NCBI GenBank assembly: GCA_965372715.1
Contig: CBDVDH010000023.1
Coordinates: 1-51,180 of the forward strand
Direction of reading: 5' to 3'
Length of the DNA: 51,180 bases
Origin: an uncultured bacterium
GTDB lineage: Bacteria; B130-G9
Part shown: piece after piece, positions 1 to 8,909 of the stretch
How the letters are laid out: every line of letters begins with the position of its first letter
Position numbering within the stretch: the stretch's first letter is position 1
Notes under the pieces: generated by a model
Database searches by the model: none
Told to the model about the DNA's origin: nothing
What the model saw: only the letters and a program-made list of their open reading frames with translations
Translations under genes and position numbers: made by a program

Positions 1-17
1 AGTCAGCGTCGCGCGTT

Positions 18-91
18 GTAGGGGCGGCTCACGAGCCGCCCTTCTCCAATGTCTGACCGCGAATTGAGGGCGGCTCGTGAGCCGCCCCTAC
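18..91. repeat. REPIN: inverted pair of GTAG-type REP palindromes
   Basis: GTAGGGGCGGCTCACGAGCCGCCC (18-41) and its exact reverse complement (68-91), separated by a 26-nt spacer; each arm is itself a hairpin starting with GTAG. Confidence 0.85.
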
Positions 92-159
92 CAACCTCAT
101 TCCCCTTCGAAAGCCATGTTACGACGCCTCGCAAGGGTTGAACAAGGCCGCTCCCGATC

Positions 160-188
160 TTGACAATTGGCCGCGTTTCCTGTATCAT
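160..188 (+). promoter_or_regulatory. Sigma70-type promoter upstream of hup
   Basis: TTGACA (160-165), 17 nt, TATCAT (183-188); a second TTGACA lies at 306-311. Confidence 0.6.
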
Positions 189-235
189 TACTGTGCAAAT
201 GAACAGGAAAACCCTGACAACCGGACTTATTGGAC

Positions 236-280
236 ACCCTCTTTCGCCTTTCGCCTTTTTTCCCTTCCGCCCGTTTCCCC
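236..280 (-). repeat. Purine-rich ~8-mer tandem repeat element
   Basis: Reverse complement closely matches 48143-48189 and resembles 10262-10308; all contain GGAAACGGG at the start. Confidence 0.7.
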
Positions 281-460
281 AATGAGCGAATCTCTTAATA
301 GTTGCTTGACATCGTGTGCGTCTATCAGTATCTCTTGTGTCAAGATGCTTGCCAAATTGGTTGTTGATTGGTAGTGTTCCGTGTATGAATGAGAATTACG
401 CTATCGCTTTATAGCTGCGTATGAACCGTTTCTGAAATTTTCACGGGAGGAGGTGACACA

Positions 461-733
461 ATGAATCGCAAGGATGCTGTGAACCACATGGCCACCAAGG
501 CCAAGATCACTAAGGCACAGGCGGATGAGGCGCTTACTGCCCTGCTGGACGGAATCATCCACGCACTGAAAAGTAACCAGAAGGTGACGTTCATCGGATT
601 CGGCACCTTCATGGTTAAGAAGCAAAAAGCTCGCAAGGGCTTCAACCCCAACACCAAGAAACCGATGACCATCCCAGCTTCGAAGAAGGCGAAGTTCAAG
701 GCTGGGTCGAAGCTCCAGGACGCTTTGCGCTAG
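461..733 (+). CDS. hup: DNA-binding protein HU
   Basis: 90 aa basic protein with VTFIGFGTF and ARKGFNPNTKKPMTIPA..AKFKAGSKL signature; RBS GGAGGAGG. Confidence 0.97.
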   Translation: MNRKDAVNHMATKAKITKAQADEALTALLDGIIHALKSNQKVTFIGFGTFMVKKQKARKGFNPNTKKPMTIPASKKAKFKAGSKLQDALR

Positions 734-782
734 GGATACGTTCTTTTTTGTTCTGACTCCGCTAAACTGAAGTTATGGATGC

Positions 783-827
783 TGGCGGCGCTCCAGGTTG
801 TTTGTAATGCAACCTTAAGCGCCGCCA
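783..827 (+). terminator. Probable terminator hairpin after hup
   Basis: TGGCGGCGCT/AGCGCCGCCA 10-bp stem plus inner AGGTTG/CAACCT, followed by TATTTGTG. Confidence 0.55.
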
Positions 828-890
828 TATTTGTGTATTAGCCGATGCCCGGAAAGATAGCGAAACATTTCTCAAGGATTTCCCACGCTT

Positions 891-2039
891 ATGGCCGTGG
901 ACAACCTGCTTTTGTTTCCGGACCGCCTCCAGGCAATCATGGCGGATACGCCGGGCCTCGCCGTCGAGCAGCTGAAGGGCGACGTCTCAACTAGACAGTA
1001 TTTCAGGTTCCAGTTCACCGAGGAGGCCTCCGCCCGGCGATTCGTGGAGCGCTGCTCCGAAGCGGCAGACCTGGCGTCGGAGCACTTCACTCATCACGAG
1101 GCCCAAGAGCGCGTTCTGGTCGCCATGCTGCTGCCCAGGAGAGGCGCGTCAAGGGCATCCCGCGTCATCGTTGACGTAACCAAATACATCGAGCGCTGTG
1201 GCGTGCCTGTCCCGGCGCTACATCTCGCCATTCACGACCTGGGTTTCTTGGTCATCGAGGACCTAGGCGATGCTCGGCTCTACGACGTCATTGATGAGAT
1301 GGACGTGGGACGGCTCCAGAAGACCTACACGAAACTTGTCGATTACCTCATTCGCACGCAGTTTCCGCCCCCGTCAGTGCCCCGGGATTGCGTCGCCTAT
1401 ACCTACGCGTTTTCGGCCGACCGCTTCCTTTGGGAGCTGAACTCCTTCGCCCAGCCGTTCTCGGAGGTCGTTCTGAAAAGGGACTTAACAGCGTCCGAAA
1501 ACGAGGTCATAAAGCGAACTTTCCCGGCTATATGCGAGGAGATGATGACGCAGGAGCTGCTCTTTACGCATCGCGACTACCACTCGCGCAACGTCATGAT
1601 CAAAAACGATGACCTCTACGTCATCGATTTCCAGGATGCGCGCCTCGGCCCCATCCTATACGATATCGTGTCGCTTGTTTTCGATCCCTACGTGTCGCTG
1701 AGCGCAAAGACGCAACAGGAGCTAATCGATTACTACGTGTCGAAGCTGCCGGCCAAATCCCGCAACGCCTTGCGCGCACTGGGCGTAAGCAGGGCGTTTG
1801 ATATTTGCCAGACGCAGAGATGCCTGAAGGCTGCTGGCACGTATGCGTTTATGGCGAGTCGGCGAGGCAATACTGGCTTCTTGCGATTCATTCCACGTGC
1901 TATTGAGAGCGCCCTTGACGCCGCGAGGCGCAGCGGCGATTTGCTGGAGCTATCGAACATGCTCACGCACTGGCTTGAGAGGATGAACGAGTTCCTGCAA
2001 AGGAATCAGCCGGCTGACGGAGAGCCTCCGTTCCCGTAG
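891..2039 (+). CDS. amgK: APH-family phosphotransferase, AmgK-like anomeric MurNAc/GlcNAc kinase
   Basis: GDVSTRQYFR, EDLGD, HRDYHSRNVM, IDFQDARLGP..YDIVSL, QRCLKAAGTY motifs. Confidence 0.75.
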   Translation: MAVDNLLLFPDRLQAIMADTPGLAVEQLKGDVSTRQYFRFQFTEEASARRFVERCSEAADLASEHFTHHEAQERVLVAMLLPRRGASRASRVIVDVTKYIERCGVPVPALHLAIHDLGFLVIEDLGDARLYDVIDEMDVGRLQKTYTKLVDYLIRTQFPPPSVPRDCVAYTYAFSADRFLWELNSFAQPFSEVVLKRDLTASENEVIKRTFPAICEEMMTQELLFTHRDYHSRNVMIKNDDLYVIDFQDARLGPILYDIVSLVFDPYVSLSAKTQQELIDYYVSKLPAKSRNALRALGVSRAFDICQTQRCLKAAGTYAFMASRRGNTGFLRFIPRAIESALDAARRSGDLLELSNMLTHWLERMNEFLQRNQPADGEPPFP

Positions 2040-2090
2040 CTTCTTCTGCTGGCGAATGCAATTGGACGGCTCGCCTGGGACGGGCTTTCC

Positions 2091-2255
2091 GAAGCTGGGT
2101 CATAAGTCGATTGCGGTTGTGTAAGGGCGTGGTCTCAGACCCGCCCTTTCGAATTGATGGTCGCATAAGATGCCTCGTATCCGCAGGAATTCATGTAGGC
2201 GGGCGGGTCTGAGACACCGCCCCTACAGGCTGATGCCGACAATCGCGGCGTTAAG
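2091..2255 (+). mobile_element. Truncated copy of the REP-targeting MITE (left TIR plus internal REPIN)
   Basis: GAAGCTGGGTCATAA at 2091, then ~160 nt closely matching 35149-35315; preceded by REP half-arm and loop GGGACGGGCT-TTCC; no right TIR seen. Confidence 0.8.
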
Positions 2256-2405
2256 TAATAGGAGCTTCGCGAGCGGTAGCACTCTGTCGGAGGCGAGCCG
2301 GCGCAGTCGCCGAGCCGACCTTTGCGGCGCTAAGTAAAAGAAGATACGGGAGCGGAGGCTCTCGGTATTGCAAGATGCGCGGCAGGGGATAGAATTGGGG
2401 GCGAG

Positions 2406-3209
2406 ATGATAAGAAGGTTTGTCCGAATCTGCAAAGACCGCGAGATAATCTACAACCTGGTCGTCAAGGAGCTGAAGGTCAGGTATCGCGGCTCATATCT
2501 TGGCTTCCTATATGCCCTCTTGAACCCGCTTGTCTCGACCGTGGTCTTCGCCGTAGTCTTCACGTTCATCATTAGGATCAAGATGGAGCACTATGGGCTT
2601 TATCTGTTGACTGGATTCATGCCCTGGATATTCTTTCAGCAGTCGCTGTCCGAGTCGGCCACCTCGATCATCCGCAACGCCAACCTGATCAAGAAGGTGA
2701 TGCTCCCGCGCGAGATATTCCCGATGTCGAGCATCCTCGCGTGCCTCGTCAACTTCGGCCTCGGGCTATGCGTTATGCTGCCATTTCTGGCGGGATACGG
2801 GCATTTTTCCGCAAGATGGGCGTATCTTCCGCTAATCCTGCTAGTCCATTTGGCCTTCACACTTGGACTTGGGCTATTCCTGGCGTCAACCAACGTCATG
2901 TTCCGGGACATCGGAAACCTCGTGGAAATTGTCATCTTCGTCTGGTTCTACGCAAACCCGATCATTTATCCGCTGCGGATGCTGCAAACTAAAGTTTACG
3001 AAATAGGGAGGCCTGAGCTGCTGACCGTATATCTGTTGAACCCGATGGCTTCCATCATGGTCCTGTATCGACACGCCTTGTTTGCGGTCGAGTCGTCGGA
3101 CGTTCTCAGAGTTGCAGTGCCAGTTGCGGTTGTCAGCGCACTTCTTGCGCTTGTCGTCGGCCAATCGGTTTTTAGCAGGCTTCAAAAGAACTTCGCCAAG
3201 GAGCTCTGA
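2406..3209 (+). CDS. wzm: ABC-2 type polysaccharide export permease (Wzm/TagG-like)
   Basis: LVVKELKVRYRGSYLGFLYALLNPL, NANLIKKV..PREIFP, FRDIGNLV, PIIYP, NPMASI; six TM segments; ends FAKEL. Confidence 0.9.
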   Translation: MIRRFVRICKDREIIYNLVVKELKVRYRGSYLGFLYALLNPLVSTVVFAVVFTFIIRIKMEHYGLYLLTGFMPWIFFQQSLSESATSIIRNANLIKKVMLPREIFPMSSILACLVNFGLGLCVMLPFLAGYGHFSARWAYLPLILLVHLAFTLGLGLFLASTNVMFRDIGNLVEIVIFVWFYANPIIYPLRMLQTKVYEIGRPELLTVYLLNPMASIMVLYRHALFAVESSDVLRVAVPVAVVSALLALVVGQSVFSRLQKNFAKEL

Positions 3210-3212
3210 GTC

Positions 3213-4421
3213 TTGGCGGCAAGTTACTCGGCACTGAGGAAGGCCAATCCTGGATACGTCAAGCTCGATCTGTTCTGCAAGGGGATGCGAATCGACGAAA
3301 GCTGTGACCTGGCGCATGATGGCCGGCCGATCCTGAGAACCCGGGCGGGTCTCGGCAGCGGGCTCGAGATGCTCCTGCCAGAGAATGTGTGGGTCAACGC
3401 CCCGGTCGAGGAGGATTTCGCGAGGGATTCGCCGTATTGCCTGCACAAGGCGAACGGCAGGTATCTCCTGAAGCACGGTGACACCGTTGTGTTCGACGTA
3501 TCGCTCCCGAAGCGGCCGGGTTTCTATGACGCGCTGACCCAAAGCGGCAAGCCTATGTCGCAGATCGGCGTCCTGCAGGGGACCTACCTCGGTATCTACC
3601 CCACGCGGGTCTGCTACTACTGGACGCTGGAACCCAGGCAAAACTGCAAGTTCTGCTCGGTCGGCCTCAACGTGGGAACCAAGGAGGCGCGCGAGAAGTC
3701 CGTCGAAGACGTCCTTGAGACCGTCCTTGAGGCGAGGCGCGAGGCTCGGATAACGTTTGTGCACCTCAATACGGGCTATCAGGATGGCGACACGTATCTC
3801 GATGATCTGGCGCCTTTCGTGGGGGCCGTCAAGCAGAAGACGGGCCTTCTGATCGGCGTTCAGACCCCACCCCACCCAGACCTAAAACGCTACGACGAGC
3901 TCAAGAAGATGGGCGTCAACAACATCTCGTTCTGCTTCGAGTTGATGGACGAGTCGCGGCTCAGGGAAGTCTGTCCCGGCAAGAGCAGCTACGTGGGTCT
4001 TAAGCGCTACCTGGACGCCATCCGGTATTGTGCCCGGATGTTTGACACGACCAACGGTGAGATAATCGCGGGCCTGGAGCCGGTGGAGACGACGCTTAAG
4101 GCCATAGACTGGATAACCGGCGTGGGCGCCATCCCGACGGTGTGCGTCTTTCGTCCGCTCAAGGGCACGGACTATGAGAACGTGCCCCCACCCGGAACCA
4201 ACGACATGGCCCCCGTTTTCGCAAGGCTCTATCAGCTGTGTATGGAGAGAAACCTGCCCATCGGCATCGCGCCGAACATCCAGGTAAGCATCGTTTTGCT
4301 GCCCGACGAGGGGCGGTACTTCCTCGATAATCCGAAGCAATACCCTTTGAAACGGGCGAAGCTTTGGGCAATGAAAAAGGCGTTTGGCATGTATTTCCGA
4401 TCAAGATTGAGGGTGAAGTGA
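3213..4421 (+). CDS. Radical SAM protein with non-canonical CX10CX2C motif (biotin-synthase-related / MSMEG_0568-like)
   Basis: CYYWTLEPRQNCKFC; VCPGK; IIAGLEP; FRPLKGT; starts 3 nt after the wzm stop. Confidence 0.8.
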   Translation: MAASYSALRKANPGYVKLDLFCKGMRIDESCDLAHDGRPILRTRAGLGSGLEMLLPENVWVNAPVEEDFARDSPYCLHKANGRYLLKHGDTVVFDVSLPKRPGFYDALTQSGKPMSQIGVLQGTYLGIYPTRVCYYWTLEPRQNCKFCSVGLNVGTKEAREKSVEDVLETVLEARREARITFVHLNTGYQDGDTYLDDLAPFVGAVKQKTGLLIGVQTPPHPDLKRYDELKKMGVNNISFCFELMDESRLREVCPGKSSYVGLKRYLDAIRYCARMFDTTNGEIIAGLEPVETTLKAIDWITGVGAIPTVCVFRPLKGTDYENVPPPGTNDMAPVFARLYQLCMERNLPIGIAPNIQVSIVLLPDEGRYFLDNPKQYPLKRAKLWAMKKAFGMYFRSRLRVK

Positions 4422-5440
4422 TGAGCTTGATGGACATCGACATTTCGAGGATGAAGGTCTATGTAACCAGACGGATACCCGAGCCGGGTATCTCGCTCCT
4501 AGATGAGTATTTCGACGTTGTAGTTCGTGACGAGCCAGGGCCGATCAGCAAGCAGGAGCTGCTGGAAAACGCCCGCGACATCGACGGCCTTCTGTGCCTC
4601 CTGACCGACTCGATCGATGCCGACGTGATCGCCGCGGCCGGAGAGCTCGTCTGCATCTCAAACTACGCTGTTGGCTTCAACAATATCGACGTCGCGGCCG
4701 CCACAGAGCGGGGCATTGTCGTGACAAACACCCCAGGAGTTTTGACTGAGACGACCGCTGACTTCGCATTCGCTCTTCTGATGGCCGCGGCCAGGCGCGT
4801 CCCGGAGGCGGATGGCTTCCTGCGGGCCGGCAAGTTTATTGGGTGGGACCCAATGCTGATGCTCGGTTGGGACGTGCACGGCAAGACGCTTGGCATCGTG
4901 GGTTTCGGCAAGATTGGCCGGGCCCTGGCGAGGCGTGCGCGGGGGTTCGACATGAAGGTCTTGTATTATGACCCTGTCAGGGCTGAGGCGGATGAGGCCG
5001 CGCTTGGGTCGATGTATTCGTCGCTTGATGGTATTTTTGCGGAGTCGGATTTCGTGTCGCTCCACGTCCCGCTGACGGACGAAACCAGGCATCTGATTGG
5101 TCGTCAGCAGCTCAAGATGATGAAGCCCACCGCGATACTCATTAACACATCACGCGGCCCGGTCGTGGATGAACAGGCCCTGGCCGAGGCGCTCCGCGAC
5201 GGGACAATCGCCGCGGCGGGGCTCGATGTTTTCGAGGATGAGCCGCAGGTCAATCCGCTCCTCACGTCGCTCCCGAACGTTGTCCTTGCCCCACACGTTG
5301 CTAGCGCCTCGCTTGAGACCCGCTCACTGATGGCGAAGCTCGCCGCTGAAAACTTGATTGCCGCGCTCTGCGGTGAGCGCCCTCGGTTTCTGGTTAATCC
5401 AGAAGTTCTGGGGAGTGGGACCGGGGGCGCCCCAGGCTAG
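4421..5440 (+). CDS. D-glycerate dehydrogenase / glyoxylate reductase (D-2-hydroxyacid dehydrogenase)
   Basis: NYAVGFNNID, NTPGVLTETTAD, GKTLGIVGFGKIG, NTSRGPVVDE, LDVFEDEP, LAPHVAS; ATG at 4421 overlaps the upstream TGA. Confidence 0.93.
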   Translation: MSLMDIDISRMKVYVTRRIPEPGISLLDEYFDVVVRDEPGPISKQELLENARDIDGLLCLLTDSIDADVIAAAGELVCISNYAVGFNNIDVAAATERGIVVTNTPGVLTETTADFAFALLMAAARRVPEADGFLRAGKFIGWDPMLMLGWDVHGKTLGIVGFGKIGRALARRARGFDMKVLYYDPVRAEADEAALGSMYSSLDGIFAESDFVSLHVPLTDETRHLIGRQQLKMMKPTAILINTSRGPVVDEQALAEALRDGTIAAAGLDVFEDEPQVNPLLTSLPNVVLAPHVASASLETRSLMAKLAAENLIAALCGERPRFLVNPEVLGSGTGGAPG

Positions 5441-5496
5441 ACTGACTTAAAGGAGCCATTCATGACACAACTGTGCCCCGTAGGCCCGGCGAATCC

Positions 5497-7206
5497 GTGA
5501 AAACCAGTCCCAGAACGGTGGCTGTTTTCGCGCTGTTCGTGCTGCTCGCGCTAGGCATTCGGCTGACCTACCTCTTCCAGGCGAGCCAGTCACCAGTTGG
5601 GAGACTCGTGATACTCGATTCGGAGGTCTATCAGAGCCGCGCCTTAGAGATTCTGAAGGGGGAGTTTTTACCTACAGAGGTCTTCAGGATGAGCCCCGCA
5701 TATCCCTACATTCTCGCCGCCGTCTATTGGCTTTCGGGGACCGAAACGCCGAACGTCGCGCGGCTCTGGCAAGCGTTTATGGGCGCAATTGGATGTGGGC
5801 TAACATATCTTTTGGGGAGGTCGCTTTTCGGAGCCCGGGCGGGCGCCATCGCTGGGGTTCTGCACCTTCTGTGCGGCCCGCTCGTCTTCACGGAGGGTCT
5901 GATTCTTGCCGAAAGCTCCTTGTGCTTCTTTCACCTAGTTTTCCTGTTGCTGCTACTTGGCGCGATTAGGAGGCATTCACCTCACCTCGCAATTCTGGCC
6001 GGCGTCGCGCTGGGGCTGTGTGCGGGCCTAAGGGGTAACGTTTTGTTGTACCTTCTTGCGCTCGGGGTCTTTTTCCTATTGACCCCGCGCGGGGACAGAG
6101 CGCGGACGCTGCGACGGGTCGGGCTGCCAATTCTGGTCGGCGTCATGGTGCCGGTCGGGCTTGTGACAGCGGCTAACTACCACGCTGAACGGGACCTTGT
6201 GCTGCTGAGCTCTAACGCGGGTTTCAATTTCTACGTCGGTAATCACGCGAAGTCGAGCGGCGTTTTCGATAAGATTGAGGGCCACGACGAGTCCCGCGGG
6301 TTCGATGCACTCAAGGACCTGGACGGGCGTGATTTCGCGCGGTCAATCGTCGGACGGCGCCTGAGCCCATCCGAGGCGTCGCGGTTCTGGTTCCGGGCGA
6401 CCTACGATAGCGCCCGGGGACGGTGGGGGGACTTCGTCCTGCGGTTTTTCAAGAAAGGTCTGCTGTTCTTCGGCGCGAGAGAGGTACCGCAGATCTACTC
6501 TTATGCAGTTGCCCGGCAGGAATCATCAATGCTCAGATTCCTACCCGTCTCGTTTGCCATCTTGACCCCGCTCGGGCTCTTCGGTCTGGGTATGGCTTTC
6601 CGCAAAAGGCGTGAGCACCGCCTGGTTGCCGTGCTTTGTCTCTTCTACGCGGCCTCGATTGCGATGTTCTTTGTCGTCGGTCGCTACCGCGTCACGATCA
6701 TCCCGCCTTTTCTCGTGTTTTCGGGCTGCGCAGTCTCTTACGTCATTGAATCGCTCTGCAAGAAGGAGTGGCGGGGTGTGGTGATCGCTGGGATCGCAAT
6801 CTCACTCCTGGCTGTCCTACCGATTGCTACCGTTCAGCCGCACGAAGAATGCGCCGTCCTTGCACATTTCGCTCAGCTGTATGCGTCCGTCGGGGAGCGC
6901 AAGCCGGCAAGACTCGTCGCGGAGAAGGGTCTCGAACGATGCCCCAACGACGGCCGATTGCTTCACATCATGGGCGAACTCGCATCCGTCGAAGGGGACC
7001 TCGCGGGTGCACTTGAATACTACCGACGGGCAACAAAGTCCGAGGACGCCAAACCCAGCTACTTCTTCCGCCTTGCCAAGCTGCTGATGGCGGAGGGAAG
7101 GTTGGATGACGCCCTTGAAGCCGTCACTGCCGGTCTTAAGAAGGAGCCAGAGAACGTCGAGGGACTAGTCCTTTTGACCCAATTGCAGCGCCAGAAAGGC
7201 GATTGA
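5497..7206 (+). CDS. GT-C (PMT/ArnT-like, GT39-type) membrane glycosyltransferase with C-terminal TPRs
   Basis: N-terminal TM then LDSEVY; PAYPYILA; ~12 TM; GFNFYVGN; RYRV..IPP; TPR-like C-terminus. Start uncertain (5473 or 5497). Confidence 0.8.
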   Translation: MKTSPRTVAVFALFVLLALGIRLTYLFQASQSPVGRLVILDSEVYQSRALEILKGEFLPTEVFRMSPAYPYILAAVYWLSGTETPNVARLWQAFMGAIGCGLTYLLGRSLFGARAGAIAGVLHLLCGPLVFTEGLILAESSLCFFHLVFLLLLLGAIRRHSPHLAILAGVALGLCAGLRGNVLLYLLALGVFFLLTPRGDRARTLRRVGLPILVGVMVPVGLVTAANYHAERDLVLLSSNAGFNFYVGNHAKSSGVFDKIEGHDESRGFDALKDLDGRDFARSIVGRRLSPSEASRFWFRATYDSARGRWGDFVLRFFKKGLLFFGAREVPQIYSYAVARQESSMLRFLPVSFAILTPLGLFGLGMAFRKRREHRLVAVLCLFYAASIAMFFVVGRYRVTIIPPFLVFSGCAVSYVIESLCKKEWRGVVIAGIAISLLAVLPIATVQPHEECAVLAHFAQLYASVGERKPARLVAEKGLERCPNDGRLLHIMGELASVEGDLAGALEYYRRATKSEDAKPSYFFRLAKLLMAEGRLDDALEAVTAGLKKEPENVEGLVLLTQLQRQKGD

Positions 7207-7229
7207 GAGCGGGGAGATGAGGGTGCCAA

Positions 7230-8909
7230 TTATCGATCGGCGTTGGGTTGAATGAGATAGGGTTTGAGCATGTATATCTCGGTGGTCGGGCCGAAGTAGG
7301 TCTTTGGGCCGATCTTCGGCGCGGCGAAACTGTGGTCGGGGAACCAGCGCGGCTCGGGCGGCCAGCCGTGGATGGTCTCAACGAGGACGCAGTGCTGCCG
7401 TATGAGGCGAAGCATACGCGCGGGCCACTCGAAGTTACAGTAGCGGGTGATCCCCCATTTCTCGACCGTGAAGAAGACGACTCCCTGCTCGACGAACCAG
7501 GTGGGGTCAGGCAGGCTCTTCTTATTCCTTGCGTGAAGTAGGAATGTCTCACCGATCGAGAGATCACGGCCGCCCACGGTTCTCGGCGTCCACAACGAAT
7601 GCAGCGAGGCGACGCGGTAGCCCGGCCCTGCGACGCGCTCGGCGTTTCGGGTGAACCACTCCTGCACTTTCGTTAGCGTGCACGGGCGGGTCATGAGATA
7701 GTCATTCAGGAGCGTTGCTCGCGCAGGTAGAAAAACCGCAAGCACCGTCGCCAGAACCATGACCTTTGGCCGGATAGCGGCCGTTGCGATTGCGTCCGCG
7801 GTCCGGACGACGGCAACCCCCGCAAGAACGGCCACGGCCGGGCTTACCGGAAGTACGTTTCTGGGGAACGCGGCCCGCGCGGCGGAGAAGAGGGCGACAT
7901 GCGGTATGACAAACGCCGCAAGAACGAGCAAGTACTTCCTTCCAATTGGGGACGAAGCGCAGACGATTATGCCGAATATGGCGAAGCCTGCCGCGAGGTA
8001 ACCCACGTCCCCGAGCATCGCGCGGATGTGGAACACGCCCCCGCGCGGGTTCTCTGATGACATTTGTGGGACGCCGAGGTTCCCCGCCTCGAAATAGTGC
8101 ACCGCCTCGGCCTGTATATGTTCGAGGAAGACTGGCAGGCGCCGGACGGCGCCTATGTTTAGGAGAACGAAGAGTAGAAGTCCCAGAAACGGGGGTCGCA
8201 GGGCTCTTTTTAGCCAGCGCCGCTTAGGTCCGGCAAGCGCCGCGGTGAGGCACGCTGGGATGACAGCGAGGGCTGCTGTGTATTTGAACGACGCGGCAAT
8301 TGCGGCGAATACGGCCGCCGAGAGACTCAAGCGAGCGCGATTGCGGGACAGGCTGAGGAATGAAGACAAGATGGCGAGCTGGACGAATAGGGTCAGCGCG
8401 GCGTCTGGCGTGGCGTAGTGGCTGTGGAGGACGCCAAGAAAGGAGAAGGTCGCTATGACGGCTGCGGGGATGCCCGCGCTCGGGTGGATGCTCCTTGCGG
8501 TCTTCGCCACAACGAGAACGGTAAGGGCCCCTGCGATCGCGGAAAGGAGCCTCGCGTACGGTAGATAGTCCTGAACCCTAAGGTCGGTGAATGTCCCCAG
8601 AAGGCCCGATGAACTTCGCATCAGGAAGGCCGCGACAGCCGCAACGTAGTGCATGAGAACTGCGAGCGCGGGGTAGTAATAGAACTGGGGGGATAGGTCG
8701 CGCGAGAAGAGCGCCTTCAGCACTGTAAGGCCAACGTTTCGCTCGTCATGGTGGATGACCGCCGGAAGCGCCCAGTTGACGCCCCACACACGGACGGCAA
8801 GCGCGGCGAGGAATACGATGAATAGGACGCTATTAGTCCGCAGATTACGCAGATTTCGCGGCTTCTCGCAGAGCGTCGCCGTGGGGAACGGTTGGTCAGG
8901 CACGGCCAT
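7230..8909 (-). CDS. GT-C (PMT-like, GT39-type) membrane glycosyltransferase
   Basis: VRVWGVNWALP..HHDE, P.FYYYP, HSHYATPD, ASFKY, multi-TM. Confidence 0.82.
   Translation of the reverse strand: MAVPDQPFPTATLCEKPRNLRNLRTNSVLFIVFLAALAVRVWGVNWALPAVIHHDERNVGLTVLKALFSRDLSPQFYYYPALAVLMHYVAAVAAFLMRSSSGLLGTFTDLRVQDYLPYARLLSAIAGALTVLVVAKTARSIHPSAGIPAAVIATFSFLGVLHSHYATPDAALTLFVQLAILSSFLSLSRNRARLSLSAAVFAAIAASFKYTAALAVIPACLTAALAGPKRRWLKRALRPPFLGLLLFVLLNIGAVRRLPVFLEHIQAEAVHYFEAGNLGVPQMSSENPRGGVFHIRAMLGDVGYLAAGFAIFGIIVCASSPIGRKYLLVLAAFVIPHVALFSAARAAFPRNVLPVSPAVAVLAGVAVVRTADAIATAAIRPKVMVLATVLAVFLPARATLLNDYLMTRPCTLTKVQEWFTRNAERVAGPGYRVASLHSLWTPRTVGGRDLSIGETFLLHARNKKSLPDPTWFVEQGVVFFTVEKWGITRYCNFEWPARMLRLIRQHCVLVETIHGWPPEPRWFPDHSFAAPKIGPKTYFGPTTEIYMLKPYLIQPNADR

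Noticed and set aside
2886-3875. Long antisense ORFs (also 17575-18369, 39807-40586, 45717-46520, 47700-48578)
   Set aside because: They overlap well-supported genes and have no motifs; expected shadows in GC-rich DNA.
5460-5474. TCATGACACAACTG as another MITE TIR
   Set aside because: Too many mismatches, with no associated internal sequence or target duplication.
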